Virus record (IMG/VR): IMGVR_UViG_3300042914_003164
Location: 45,691-109,690 of that record
Strand: one strand, 5' to 3'
DNA: 64,000 nt
DNA from: a virus
Shown here: one piece after another, positions 37,807 through 46,747 of the stretch
Numbering within the stretch: the stretch's first letter is position 1
How the letters are laid out: every line of letters begins with the position of its first letter
Program-made: the position numbers and the translations under genes
Notes under the pieces: generated by a model
Seen by the model: the letters and a program-made list of their open reading frames with translations, nothing else
Told to the model about the DNA's origin: nothing
Database searches by the model: none

Positions 37807-38694
37807 GTGACAGAAAACACTTCGGCAATCCAAGCAAAAACCCAAGGCGAAACACAGGCGCTATCGAGGTGGGATGCGCTTGCTGCAGAAATTGCTATCG
37901 CCACCGAAGAGTCTCAGTTAAAAGCGTTTGACTATGAAGATAAATCTGAAAACAAGGAAGCACGTTCTTGGGTCTTTTCGTTGCGCAAACTTAAAACGAA
38001 AGTTGAGCAAGCCAGGAAAGACGCAAAAGCGGTTCACCTTGAAAGGGGTAGGCGAGTTGATGATGCAGCAAAGCTGTTGCAGTCTGCAGTTCAGTCCTTG
38101 ATTGAGCCTCATGAAAACGAGATCAAGGCAATTGAGGCACGAGAGCAGGCAAGGATTGACGCTCACAAGGCTGTGCTTGATCGCATTGCTTCACTTTCCG
38201 ATGGAGTGACTACTGCTGACGAAGCTCAGGCGAGACTCATTGAACTTAGCGCAATTGATATTGAAGGCTTAGAAGAGTTCTCCAAGGCTGGAGCAAATCG
38301 ACGGCTTGAGACGGCCGAAATGCTCAAGTCAATATGGAATCGCCTTGTCATTGAGGAGGCTGAGCGTGCAGAGCTGGAGGCACTCCGAGCCGAAAAAGCC
38401 AAGCTTGAGAAGGAGCTTGAGCGTCAGCAAATCAGGGAAGAGGTTCTTGCTGAGCATGGTGTATCGCCTGCTGGGCAAGCTCCGGTTGTTCAGGCATCAA
38501 GAAAGCCTGTAAGCACGGAAGGGGGGCAGCGAAAGAGCCCGAAAGACCTACTTGTAGGGGCGCTTATCATTAAAATGTCTGGCAAAACGGTTAGCGAGAT
38601 CGCGCATCTTATCGCATCTGATCGGCTTCACCCAGCAGTCAGCGTAGACCTGTCAAAAGTAAAACCCGCCGAAAACGATGAGGTTGACTGGTAG
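37807..38694 (+). CDS. Coiled-coil protein associated with the recombination module
   Basis: EAR....LRK.K..VE.ARK..KA..LE.GR.VD..AK pattern. Confidence 0.6.
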   Translation: MTENTSAIQAKTQGETQALSRWDALAAEIAIATEESQLKAFDYEDKSENKEARSWVFSLRKLKTKVEQARKDAKAVHLERGRRVDDAAKLLQSAVQSLIEPHENEIKAIEAREQARIDAHKAVLDRIASLSDGVTTADEAQARLIELSAIDIEGLEEFSKAGANRRLETAEMLKSIWNRLVIEEAERAELEALRAEKAKLEKELERQQIREEVLAEHGVSPAGQAPVVQASRKPVSTEGGQRKSPKDLLVGALIIKMSGKTVSEIAHLIASDRLHPAVSVDLSKVKPAENDEVDW

Positions 38695-38698
38695 CTAA

Positions 38699-39466
38699 AT
38701 GCCTGACGACCGCGAATTTTACGAAAGAGATGGCATTGAGTATGCAAGGGTTTCCACAATCCTTGGCAAGACAATGCCACTTTTCCACCCTGCTAAGCAC
38801 AAAGCTCTTTGTGACTGGGCCGAGCGTGAGCCGGATTCAGCGGAAATTCTCGCAAGAGGGCAAAGGCGTGGAACATTGATTCATGCCCAAATTGAGCACT
38901 ACTTGCTGGATGGTCGAATTGAATCCGGCAGAGAGCAGCCTTCGCTGGAGGAGCTTGTCTATCACAATGTTCCTGGTTACATGCACTATGTAACACCACT
39001 GCTTGAGAAGATAAAGGAAGAGAATGGACCTTGCTCCTTGTGGCCTGGGCTGCAAAAAAGTAGTCTCATGCTTGAGCAGGAGCTTTACTGTGGGCATGGA
39101 TTTGCCGGAAAACCAGACAAAAGATGCTGGTTTGAAGGTAAGTACACCACCTGGGACTGGAAATCAGCAAGATCCATCCTTGAGAAGGGCGTAAAAAAGA
39201 AACCTCGCCCTATATCGAGATATTCCGAGGCTAAAGTCCAAATCGGAACTTATTCACTTGGCCATAATGTGGAGCTTTACAAGAAGACTGGAGACTACCC
39301 GCCAATCGAGCAAGGCGCAATCTGCATCCTGTATGATTGGCGAGAGCCCCATCTGCACTTGATGTCAATCAAAGAGCTTAAAGACTCTGCAAATGAGTTT
39401 ATTGAGCGATTCAATGTTTACCAAGAGCTTGAGGGCTCAATCTTTCCACGTCCGCTAAACCGATGA
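38699..39466 (+). CDS. PD-(D/E)xK exonuclease
   Basis: RVSTILG, RGT.IH..IE, E..L...GFAG.PD, DWKS, Q...Y. Confidence 0.85.
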   Translation: MPDDREFYERDGIEYARVSTILGKTMPLFHPAKHKALCDWAEREPDSAEILARGQRRGTLIHAQIEHYLLDGRIESGREQPSLEELVYHNVPGYMHYVTPLLEKIKEENGPCSLWPGLQKSSLMLEQELYCGHGFAGKPDKRCWFEGKYTTWDWKSARSILEKGVKKKPRPISRYSEAKVQIGTYSLGHNVELYKKTGDYPPIEQGAICILYDWREPHLHLMSIKELKDSANEFIERFNVYQELEGSIFPRPLNR

Positions 39467-39864
39467 TTACAGTATGCGCCGATGGCTACGTCACAAAAGA
39501 GCCAAAGCTTGAGGAAGGTGACTATGGCAAGTTCATAGAACTCACCATTCGGGTTGCTACACCTGGGAGAGAGGTTCACTACATAAGTGGCAGGTTCTAC
39601 GGTCGTAAAATACGCCCAGTTGAAGAATTTATACATGGTGGTGACTATATTACCATGTCAGGTGCTATTACAAATATGTATCCCAGGGAAAAGGAGGGAG
39701 GCGAGAAATACATACAAATCTATCTTAAGGATTGCTTTTACACACTGCCTCCCAAAATTGTTGGTGAGGCCGCCTTCCGTCGATCCCTCCCCGCCAGTCA
39801 AGAATCCTCACCATCCGAGCTTGACGATTTCGGCCTTGAGGAGGATAATGAACCAGAGTTCTAA
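39463..39864 (+). CDS. Divergent SSB-like protein
   Basis: G.VTKEP.L, F.G.K...V.EFI.GD.I..SG.I OB-fold pattern; acidic tail ending EPEF. Confidence 0.65.
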   Translation: MITVCADGYVTKEPKLEEGDYGKFIELTIRVATPGREVHYISGRFYGRKIRPVEEFIHGGDYITMSGAITNMYPREKEGGEKYIQIYLKDCFYTLPPKIVGEAAFRRSLPASQESSPSELDDFGLEEDNEPEF

Positions 39865-39888
39865 CCTCAACCAACCCCTTCACAACAA

Positions 39889-40308
39889 ATGACATCTTTC
39901 AACAGCTGCACCTTTACAGGCCACGTAGGCAGGGATCCCGAGGCCAGGTATTTTGAGACAGGCTCTTCCGTTGCGGAATTCACAATTGCCATCTCATACC
40001 CCAAGCGCAAGAACGGAGAGGAGAAGCAGGCCCTCTGGCTGAGCGTCAAGGTCTGGGGCAAACAAGTTGAAACGGTTACTAACTACGTCAAAAAAGGCAC
40101 TCAGATCATTGTTCAGGGAGAGCTTGAGCAGGAGACTTGGGAGAAAGATGGAGTGCAAAAGAGCAAGTTTGTGCTGAATTGTCGTAATTTCCAGCTTCTT
40201 AGCCAGCCCTCAGCCGGGGGTGGCAAGTCTGGCGGTTCTAAGTCCTCCGGCACGGCAAAGAGTAAGCCCCCTCAGCCGCCGGTCAATGAGGATGACATTC
40301 CGTTCTAA
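39889..40308 (+). CDS. ssb: Single-stranded DNA-binding protein
   Basis: G.VGRDPE.RYF.TG..VA.F.IA, WGKQ.E...YVKKG.QI.V.GEL; C-terminal DDIPF. Confidence 0.95.
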   Translation: MTSFNSCTFTGHVGRDPEARYFETGSSVAEFTIAISYPKRKNGEEKQALWLSVKVWGKQVETVTNYVKKGTQIIVQGELEQETWEKDGVQKSKFVLNCRNFQLLSQPSAGGGKSGGSKSSGTAKSKPPQPPVNEDDIPF

Positions 40309-40412
40309 ATGTGTTAGGCTTGCAGGGATCCACGGCTAAAGCCTTGGCTTGCTATCGCCACGCCTTGTGGATCCCGTAATACCCCTGAACCCAAAAGGGA
40401 AGCAATTATCTT

Positions 40413-40661
40413 ATGGCTGTCACTATCAAACCCTGTAGGCACTTGGATCACGATTCAAGTCGCTACCCAAGTTGCGAGCTTCTGGATTGCGCTCCGCACT
40501 TTCCAGATGTTAAATACTGGAGTCGCAAAGACCCAGACGGAAATCCTCAAAAAGTTCAATTTTGTAAAAGGATCGGTCGCGTTCCCGGTATTTTTCAGTG
40601 CTACCAGCAGGGCGAGATGCACTGCTACTGCCCCTCCGGCGAGCAGGAGGAGTGCCAGTGA
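40413..40661 (+). CDS. Cys-rich hypothetical protein
   Basis: 7 Cys in 82 aa. Confidence 0.65.
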   Translation: MAVTIKPCRHLDHDSSRYPSCELLDCAPHFPDVKYWSRKDPDGNPQKVQFCKRIGRVPGIFQCYQQGEMHCYCPSGEQEECQ

Positions 40662-40692
40662 CCGACCAGCACCGCGCCCGCCGTTTCACGCC

Positions 40693-41010
40693 ATGACTTC
40701 TTCACTAGATCCGACAACGCAGCTGATCAAGCTTGTTTCGGTTGTTGCTGTTACTGCTTTTGTTGGCGCATTCACCATCCCCATTGGTTGCAACATTTTC
40801 GTTGCTTTGTTGCGCTGCTTTATTCGCCGTCGCCGTAAGCGAGAGGCCATTTGCTTTATCACTAGCGTTTTATTTGCCGTTGGCTCCGTACTGGTGCCCA
40901 TCTTGTTTTGGTATGCAGTCCCCAATCCGCTCTTCCTCGTTTCCGCATCACTTTTCTCTCTTTTGATTGGCTCTTATTTAGCGCAAGGGCTAGATCCTCA
41001 CCGAGTCTAA
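40693..41010 (+). CDS. Small multi-TM membrane protein
   Basis: Three hydrophobic segments; ATG overlaps the stop of a 12-codon mini-ORF. Confidence 0.55.
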   Translation: MTSSLDPTTQLIKLVSVVAVTAFVGAFTIPIGCNIFVALLRCFIRRRRKREAICFITSVLFAVGSVLVPILFWYAVPNPLFLVSASLFSLLIGSYLAQGLDPHRV

Positions 41011-41050
41011 TCCCTTTCTCCACTCACAGCCTTCTATTTTTTTTATTGCC

Positions 41051-41234
41051 ATGACCACGATTTTCTGCACCTTTTTGGTGCTGCTGTTATTGCCCGCGCT
41101 GTTCCTGTTGTGGCTGACGGAATCCCGACCAGCAACGCGCCCGCCGCTGGCGCCGCGATGGGCTCACGTACCGCGCCATTGCGGAGCGGTTGGGCTGCTC
41201 ACAGACCACCGCTCGCCGGTTGGTGGCGGCCTGA
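41051..41234 (+). pseudogene. Frameshifted TM-anchored HTH protein
   Basis: MTTIFC..LLWLTESR, then a +1 shift at ~41129 continues QQRARRWRRDGLTYRAIAERLGCSQTTARRLVAA*. Confidence 0.7.
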
Positions 41235-41257
41235 TCACTCGCTAGGGAGACACAGCC

Positions 41258-41884
41258 ATGACAACGCATCAATGGATAACAGATCGCCGGCCAACCGCAA
41301 AAGATGCAGACAAAAATGGCGCAGTAATGATATTGGTGAACGATTCGAGAGGTGATGCCGGTGAACTAACGGCGCCCTGGCAGCAGGTCGGTCTTGGTAC
41401 TTTGTGGCAAAATACTATGCACAACCAAGGCGACCTACAATTCCCGCCCACCGCTCGCTGGTTGATTAAGGGAGGCATTCTTGGCCGGCTGCTCTCATGC
41501 CGCCTGCACCCACGAAACAATGGAGGCACCATGACCGACCAACACCGCGCCACGCCTGAAGATTGGGGTCTCGCAAAAAGCGAAGCCGAAGATGGCTCTC
41601 ATGCCGACTCCTGCCTACTCGAACTCCGCGCCCGCGTCGCAGCGCTAGAGGCAGCTCAGGTCAACACCCCGCCAACCTCGCCAGCACCACTCTCCCAAAC
41701 TTTAGTGGCGAGGATCCATCGACGATGCGGAGGTGGAGAACAGGCTGTTCGAATCGCGATTTGTGAAGTAGCAGATTGGCTGCAGTTTATTTCTAGTTTC
41801 CATGAAAATAAAGACGCACTTTTTCAAGCAGCGTTGTTAATTCGCAAGCAAGCCCGCCTTACGCAATCCGACTCGCAGCCATGA
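41258..41884 (+). CDS. Modular hypothetical protein (probably two fused genes; internal start at 41531)
   Basis: WITDR.PT..DAD module, then MTDQHRATP..W, CLLELRARV.ALEAAQ and AI.EVA.WL modules. Confidence 0.65.
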   Translation: MTTHQWITDRRPTAKDADKNGAVMILVNDSRGDAGELTAPWQQVGLGTLWQNTMHNQGDLQFPPTARWLIKGGILGRLLSCRLHPRNNGGTMTDQHRATPEDWGLAKSEAEDGSHADSCLLELRARVAALEAAQVNTPPTSPAPLSQTLVARIHRRCGGGEQAVRIAICEVADWLQFISSFHENKDALFQAALLIRKQARLTQSDSQP

Positions 41885-42510
41885 CCGACCAACACCGCGC
41901 CGCGCCTGAGCAGTGGGACTATGTGGATGTGTGGGGAGTGGTCCACGACTGTGCACCCAGTTCCTGCATCCTCGAACTCCGCGACCGCATCGAAGCCCTA
42001 GAAGCCGCCCAGCTGGAGCAGGCCGAGAGCCACAGGTTCTGCACTGATGCCATCGTTCGGCGGGTGGAGGCGCTGGAGGCATTTGATCACCACCCACTGC
42101 TTGCTGCCGTTCGGGCACAGTCCAAGGCCGTCGCTCATTTCGGCAATCGCCTGGAGGCGCTGGAGGCCGCCCAGCGCTACCAATTTCGTAGCGCCACGGA
42201 AAAGGTGCCCACGACCCGTCTCTACAGCTACAGCGTCGGCCCGGCCAAGCCTCTGGATGAGTTGGGCCAGGGGCACACATTGGCAAGCCCTGAGCCCGCC
42301 AGCGCCGAGGCCCAGTCTGGGAGGCTGGTGGAGAGGGTGACGGCCCGGATTGAGTTCGGCATCAATGCCGAACTGGACCCGGAAGGCATCGCCCGCGCCG
42401 CAATCCGTGAGGTGACGGCGGCGGCAAAAGAGCGAATCGCTCCTTTCAATCCGTGGCTGAGATGGAACGACGTTGCTCAGTGGCTTGAACAGGAGGCCGA
42501 CCGTGGCTGA
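41881..42510 (+). CDS. Modular hypothetical protein
   Basis: MTDQHRA.PEQW, CILELRDRIEALEAAQ, EAQS..LVERV, ARAAIREV, WLEQEA modules. Confidence 0.7.
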   Translation: MTDQHRAAPEQWDYVDVWGVVHDCAPSSCILELRDRIEALEAAQLEQAESHRFCTDAIVRRVEALEAFDHHPLLAAVRAQSKAVAHFGNRLEALEAAQRYQFRSATEKVPTTRLYSYSVGPAKPLDELGQGHTLASPEPASAEAQSGRLVERVTARIEFGINAELDPEGIARAAIREVTAAAKERIAPFNPWLRWNDVAQWLEQEADRG

Positions 42511-43219
42511 CCAATTTCCTGGCCCCCACAAAAATGGTCCTCACCCCAGCGGCCGGATTCTTAAAACAGAGAGCAAAGTTATGAGTAAAAAGAAAAACCT
42601 AGCTGGTCTGTTTTTTGGTAAGATTGAGATAATCAAAGAAGCGGACCCATGCTTTGTAGGAACAAAAAGAGATCGCCGCACTCGCTGGCTGTGTCGTTGC
42701 GTATGCGGCAAGGAGTGGCTTGTCCGCACATCAAATCTTACTGCGGGCAACATTGTTAGTTGTGGGTGCATAAGTCGAACAAAGCATGGTCTGCACAAGT
42801 CCCCAGAGTATTCTGCATGGCGCGACATGATCAAGCGTTGTACAAACCCCAACTGCAAAGTGTTCAAGCATTACGGCGGCAGAGGTATAAGCGTTTGCGA
42901 CTCTTGGCAGAAATTTGAGAATTTTTATCGCGATATGGGATCGCGACCATCAGGCAGTCACACGCTTGACAGGATTGATAACGAAAAAGGCTATGAGCCA
43001 TGTAATTGCCGCTGGGCAACGATGTTAGTCCAATCAAGAAACACTAGGCGTTGCGTTCGCATTCTGTACGCGGGGCGCGAAATGGCACTTTCGGAAGCGA
43101 TTTCCATGTCTGGCCTCAAAGAATCAACGGTTAGGGGGCGCATAAGTTCTGGCTGGCCCGAAGATTCGTGGTTTTTACCCTGCGGATCAAAACGCCCTCT
43201 TTTACCTTCGGAACAGTGA
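42503..43219 (+). CDS. HNH homing-endonuclease-like protein (ATG alternative at 42581)
   Basis: WLCRC.CG, SCGC, Y..W..M..RC.NP....YGGRGI.VC..W..FE.F..DMG.RP, TLDRIDN.KGYEP.NCRWAT. Confidence 0.9.
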   Translation: MADQFPGPHKNGPHPSGRILKTESKVMSKKKNLAGLFFGKIEIIKEADPCFVGTKRDRRTRWLCRCVCGKEWLVRTSNLTAGNIVSCGCISRTKHGLHKSPEYSAWRDMIKRCTNPNCKVFKHYGGRGISVCDSWQKFENFYRDMGSRPSGSHTLDRIDNEKGYEPCNCRWATMLVQSRNTRRCVRILYAGREMALSEAISMSGLKESTVRGRISSGWPEDSWFLPCGSKRPLLPSEQ

Positions 43220-43464
43220 CTGAACATTCATTATCCCCCGCGGCTCAGGCGGTGCTGGATGCGGTGCTGGATGAAACAGCGCCTTTATCTGAGCAACACC
43301 AAACGCGAGCAGATGCCGCCGCCGCCCTCCGCGCTGCTGTGGATCAAAGAAAGCTCGGACCCGACGAATGGGAAGGCTCGCAACCCGATGACTACGAACG
43401 AGGTTGGAACGCTGCACTCCGCAGCATTACCGCCCTCGCCACCGAACTGGATCCCATTCAATGA
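43216..43464 (+). CDS. Modular hypothetical protein
   Basis: LSPAAQAVLDA, AAALRAA.DQ, ALATEL modules; GTGA overlap. Confidence 0.65.
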   Translation: MTEHSLSPAAQAVLDAVLDETAPLSEQHQTRADAAAALRAAVDQRKLGPDEWEGSQPDDYERGWNAALRSITALATELDPIQ

Positions 43465-43706
43465 TCACACCCCTATTCACCGCCCTAGCCCGTAACGCCA
43501 CCGCCAGGGCTCACCTTGTTGGCGCCGAAGTTGCCGCTTTAGAACGGCTCGAAATGCAGCACCTTTCTGATATGGATTACAAAGCTGCGGCTAATGCTTA
43601 CATTCAAAAGCGGGATACGCGCACATGGTACTGGCGCGAGCTGGCTACCGCCGCCCACCTACTGGGCAGCCCATGGTGTGATGCTGAGCGCTTGGGGGGT
43701 CGGTGA
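43461..43706 (+). CDS. Hypothetical protein, paralogue of 46436-46675
   Basis: F.ALA..A.ARAHL.G.E...YWRE.A.AA.LLG.PW..AERLG.R is shared. Confidence 0.65.
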   Translation: MITPLFTALARNATARAHLVGAEVAALERLEMQHLSDMDYKAAANAYIQKRDTRTWYWRELATAAHLLGSPWCDAERLGGR

Positions 43707-43924
43707 TGCCGCGCCAGCCCTCGCAAGAGCGCGGCTGCGACGGCAAGGCCAATCTAGGCCGCCGCTACCAGGCCAACGCCAACCGGCTGGCTCTGCGTCA
43801 TGGCAAGTGCTACGGCGTCTACCGCTGCCCGCATTGTGGAGGCACACACCTGACCACCAAGCTCGACAACGCCGAGCAGTACCAACCGCTCCTGTACGTC
43901 ACCCCATGCCCCGCTTCTACCTAA
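43703..43924 (+). CDS. Small Zn-ribbon-like protein
   Basis: C.GK ... YRCPHCGG.HLT motif. Confidence 0.6.
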   Translation: MMPRQPSQERGCDGKANLGRRYQANANRLALRHGKCYGVYRCPHCGGTHLTTKLDNAEQYQPLLYVTPCPAST

Positions 43925-44028
43925 TTCACACCACCGCGGCCCTTGCCTGTGTTGCAGTGCTTGCCGCCTTTGGGTATGATCGTGATGCTGTTCAGTTCAT
44001 TTTATCCACTCATCTCGCGCTAACATGA
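43906..44028 (+). CDS. Small membrane peptide
   Basis: Hydrophobic 40-aa ORF, ATGA-coupled to the next gene. Confidence 0.35.
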   Translation: MPRFYLIHTTAALACVAVLAAFGYDRDAVQFILSTHLALT

Positions 44029-44330
44029 GCTGCGTTTCCAACGTCATACTGCTGACCTTTATTGAAGACCCAGGAATCAAAGATGTACAGTTGTGGCTGT
44101 CAGGTGCTGGTGCGTTTCCTTTGAACCAGATTGACGGGTTTGCAGGCGGAACAAAAGCCGTGGAGCACGAGATTTGGGCGGGAGCTTACAACTGGCTTGA
44201 TGTTCCCGAGTTTGTTAAAGCTGTAAAAAGCGCAAACTGGGCGTTTCCGTCCGATGTGCAGCTTTTGATCAAGGAAGAGGGCGGCGAGTTGTTTTCATTG
44301 CGTGCTGGCACCATGCCAGTGGTTTGCTAA
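44025..44330 (+). CDS. Hypothetical protein
   Basis: GG.K..E..IW.GAYN.L...F....W..P..VQL.IK.E pattern. Confidence 0.65.
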   Translation: MSCVSNVILLTFIEDPGIKDVQLWLSGAGAFPLNQIDGFAGGTKAVEHEIWAGAYNWLDVPEFVKAVKSANWAFPSDVQLLIKEEGGELFSLRAGTMPVVC

Positions 44331-44363
44331 ACCCCTCATTCTATCCACTCACTCAAACCCACC

Positions 44364-44636
44364 ATGCTTGAAGACTTTCGCGACATGCTCAACGAGACTG
44401 AAGGTCGGATTTTCTTAGTAATCGCCTTAGTCGCAATCGCAATAATGACATTTGCTGTGGCCGGAGCACTTGAAGAAGGAAAGCAATGGCAGCAATTTGC
44501 CGCTGACCATGATTGCGTCAAGGTTGAACAAATAAAAGGCAACGTTTTAATTGGTATGGGAACAGTTGTGACTACGACAGTGGAACCTGACAAGATCGGC
44601 TGGCGCTGCAATGATGGCGTCACTTACTGGCGCTGA
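44364..44636 (+). CDS. Membrane-anchored hypothetical protein
   Basis: TM helix plus WQQF...H.C..V...W.CNDGVTYWR. Confidence 0.65.
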   Translation: MLEDFRDMLNETEGRIFLVIALVAIAIMTFAVAGALEEGKQWQQFAADHDCVKVEQIKGNVLIGMGTVVTTTVEPDKIGWRCNDGVTYWR

Positions 44637-44724
44637 TCAAATCCCGGCTCATCACACTCCGAAGGCCCGCGCACCGGACAACACTCCCCAACCCTCCCAG
44701 CGACCACCACTTCCCTACTTCAAA

Positions 44725-45321
44725 ATGACAAATCAACTATCTGACCACGAAGATCACTTCATGCGCATTGCGCACGCTAGGCCATTTACGGACTTGCAGC
44801 TCAACATTGCCCAGATTCTTGCACGCGGGCTTGAAGGGTTGCCTGAAAATGATGGCAGCCGGGATTGGATGGAAAACGTTGTAGGCATCTGCCTAGAGGC
44901 CATTGCTGAGGCTGTCCAGCCCGAGCCGGAGGGGGTGGGGGTGACGGATTTCAAAGAGGAGTTGATGGCCGCCTGGGACAAAGCGATCTTGCTGCCTCGA
45001 ACGGGAAGGCTGGCGGAATACAGAGCTTGGCTTGCTCACGTACTGGCTCTTGTGTGGGCCGTTGGGCGTCGCCCCACCACCAAGCCGGTGCCGGTGAGCG
45101 AGCGGCTGCCGGGGCGGGAGGATTGCGCACCGTGGCCAGGCGAACCGGATGCGACACATTGGGCCTGGGCTGGAAAGTGTGTTGACGGTGGCTGGGAGTG
45201 GTCTCAGCTCAGCATGTTGGGCCTGGGATCAAACACCTTGGGCCGCATCATTGCTGGCGGTGGATGGACTCACTGGCTCCCCCACCACGCCCTGCCGGTG
45301 CCCGGCGCGGAGGTGGGGTGA
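44725..45321 (+). CDS. Modular hypothetical protein
   Basis: QPEPEG, RPT.KPVPVSERLPG.EDC, THWLPH.ALPVP modules. Confidence 0.65.
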   Translation: MTNQLSDHEDHFMRIAHARPFTDLQLNIAQILARGLEGLPENDGSRDWMENVVGICLEAIAEAVQPEPEGVGVTDFKEELMAAWDKAILLPRTGRLAEYRAWLAHVLALVWAVGRRPTTKPVPVSERLPGREDCAPWPGEPDATHWAWAGKCVDGGWEWSQLSMLGLGSNTLGRIIAGGGWTHWLPHHALPVPGAEVG

Positions 45322-45656
45322 TGACGGCTCTCCGTTACACGCCAGACAGAAACCATCCCTACTGGTGTTACTCCCCCGAGGGCGACGGATTCACATTCTG
45401 GGCTACAGCTAAAGAGCGTGACGACTATGCCGAGCAGGAAATACGCACATACCTGGACGACAGTGAATGGTCTGAGGAAGTAGAAGGTGTCATGGCGGGC
45501 GTCGTCACTGATGTTGCGACTGCAGTTGATATTCAGCGACCGGCTGGAGAAATTGACGAGGAAGGCTACGACGAAAGCGACGAGGGGCCATGGGAAGACA
45601 AAGACCAGATCAGGTGCAACTACCAACTCAGGCCATTGACCGAATCTCAACCATGA
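45321..45656 (+). CDS. Acidic hypothetical protein
   Basis: TGATG-coupled 111-aa ORF. Confidence 0.65.
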   Translation: MTALRYTPDRNHPYWCYSPEGDGFTFWATAKERDDYAEQEIRTYLDDSEWSEEVEGVMAGVVTDVATAVDIQRPAGEIDEEGYDESDEGPWEDKDQIRCNYQLRPLTESQP

Positions 45657-45850
45657 CCACCCCACCCCCACCCCTATCCCCAGCATTGGAAGAACTGCAA
45701 GCGGCAGCAAGGCCGCTCATGGATTACCTGAAGAAGCGACATCATCCGCACCTCAAAGCAATCGTTGATAGCGATAGCGCGGAAATTGTTGAAGGCATCG
45801 CGTGCGTGCGTGCCCTCGCCACCGAGCTGCGGCAGGAGGGGCGGGAGTGA
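45653..45850 (+). CDS. Hypothetical protein framed by LSPA and ALATEL modules
   Basis: Shares both termini with 43216-43464 but has an unrelated core. Confidence 0.6.
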   Translation: MTTPPPPLSPALEELQAAARPLMDYLKKRHHPHLKAIVDSDSAEIVEGIACVRALATELRQEGRE

Positions 45851-46062
45851 GCGCTATCTATCACAGGATCAGGTATATGTCCCCGTCATCGGAGTCTTTT
45901 GAGTCTGTGCGCGAGGCCGTGTGTGCAGCCCTGTGGGAGTCCGCTAACTGCTACGCTTCTCCCAGGAAAATCACGCAAAACAGACAAACCCTATGGGATT
46001 CAGAATTGCAAGACTTGGATGATTTTGCGGAATCTATTGGCGTCAACCCAGACCTTTACTAG
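45847..46062 (+). CDS. Hypothetical protein
   Basis: GTGA overlap. Confidence 0.5.
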   Translation: MSAIYHRIRYMSPSSESFESVREAVCAALWESANCYASPRKITQNRQTLWDSELQDLDDFAESIGVNPDLY

Positions 46063-46068
46063 GCATGG

Positions 46069-46386
46069 GTGCCCGAGCCTAAAAACAACCACAAATATAG
46101 GCTTATGGCTGGATTTCAAGATCAGTATTTACAGCGCCCGCCCGAGCAGGACCCCAGAATCGCAGAACTGGCTGAGCGCTACCATCACGAAACCGAAGCC
46201 TATGATCGCACTGTTTGCAGTGGACCGATCTTGCACGGCCTGGTAATGCCAGCCAATGGCCGCGAATTTGTGCTTATCAACAAAAACGCTCGTCTCGTTC
46301 TCCGACAGGTCTTGGCCGAGGCCGCTCAAGCGGGTATTCCCCGACTGGACATGCAACGCGCTATCAGCAGGCATGTCAACCGCTAG
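46069..46386 (+). CDS. Hypothetical protein
   Basis: LA..YH..TEAYDR.VC.G pattern. Confidence 0.55.
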   Translation: MPEPKNNHKYRLMAGFQDQYLQRPPEQDPRIAELAERYHHETEAYDRTVCSGPILHGLVMPANGREFVLINKNARLVLRQVLAEAAQAGIPRLDMQRAISRHVNR

Positions 46387-46435
46387 ACAGCGACACTGAA
46401 GATCGAGTAACATCAATGTTCGCCCACGAAACTCC

Positions 46436-46675
46436 GTGAATCCCTCCGCTTTCTTTGCAGCTCTCGCGGTTTGCGCCATTGCCCGAGCCCATCTCGCAGG
46501 AGATGAGGCGAGCAAGCTTCGTAACGCTGGCAACCTTGTCGCCACAGATGTTGCTATGCGCCGGTACTGGCGGGAGGAGGCGGCTGCCGCCACTTTGCTG
46601 GGCCAGCCCTGGCCCGAGGCCGAACGCCTAGGGGATCGCCTAATTCCCGTGGAGGGCGGGTGTTATGCCTTCTGA
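46436..46675 (+). CDS. Hypothetical protein, paralogue of 43461-43706
   Basis: Shared motifs as noted for 43461. Confidence 0.6.
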   Translation: MNPSAFFAALAVCAIARAHLAGDEASKLRNAGNLVATDVAMRRYWREEAAAATLLGQPWPEAERLGDRLIPVEGGCYAF

Positions 46676-46747
46676 TAACTGTCTCAGTCTGTTGCAGTAG
46701 ATTATTGCAGTCTGTCAATTTTTGCTTCTAGCCAAGCAGTTGCTTCC

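Noticed and set aside
43249-43272. 12-nt tandem duplication GCGGTGCTGGAT x2
   Set aside because: Simple in-frame slippage with no wider pattern.
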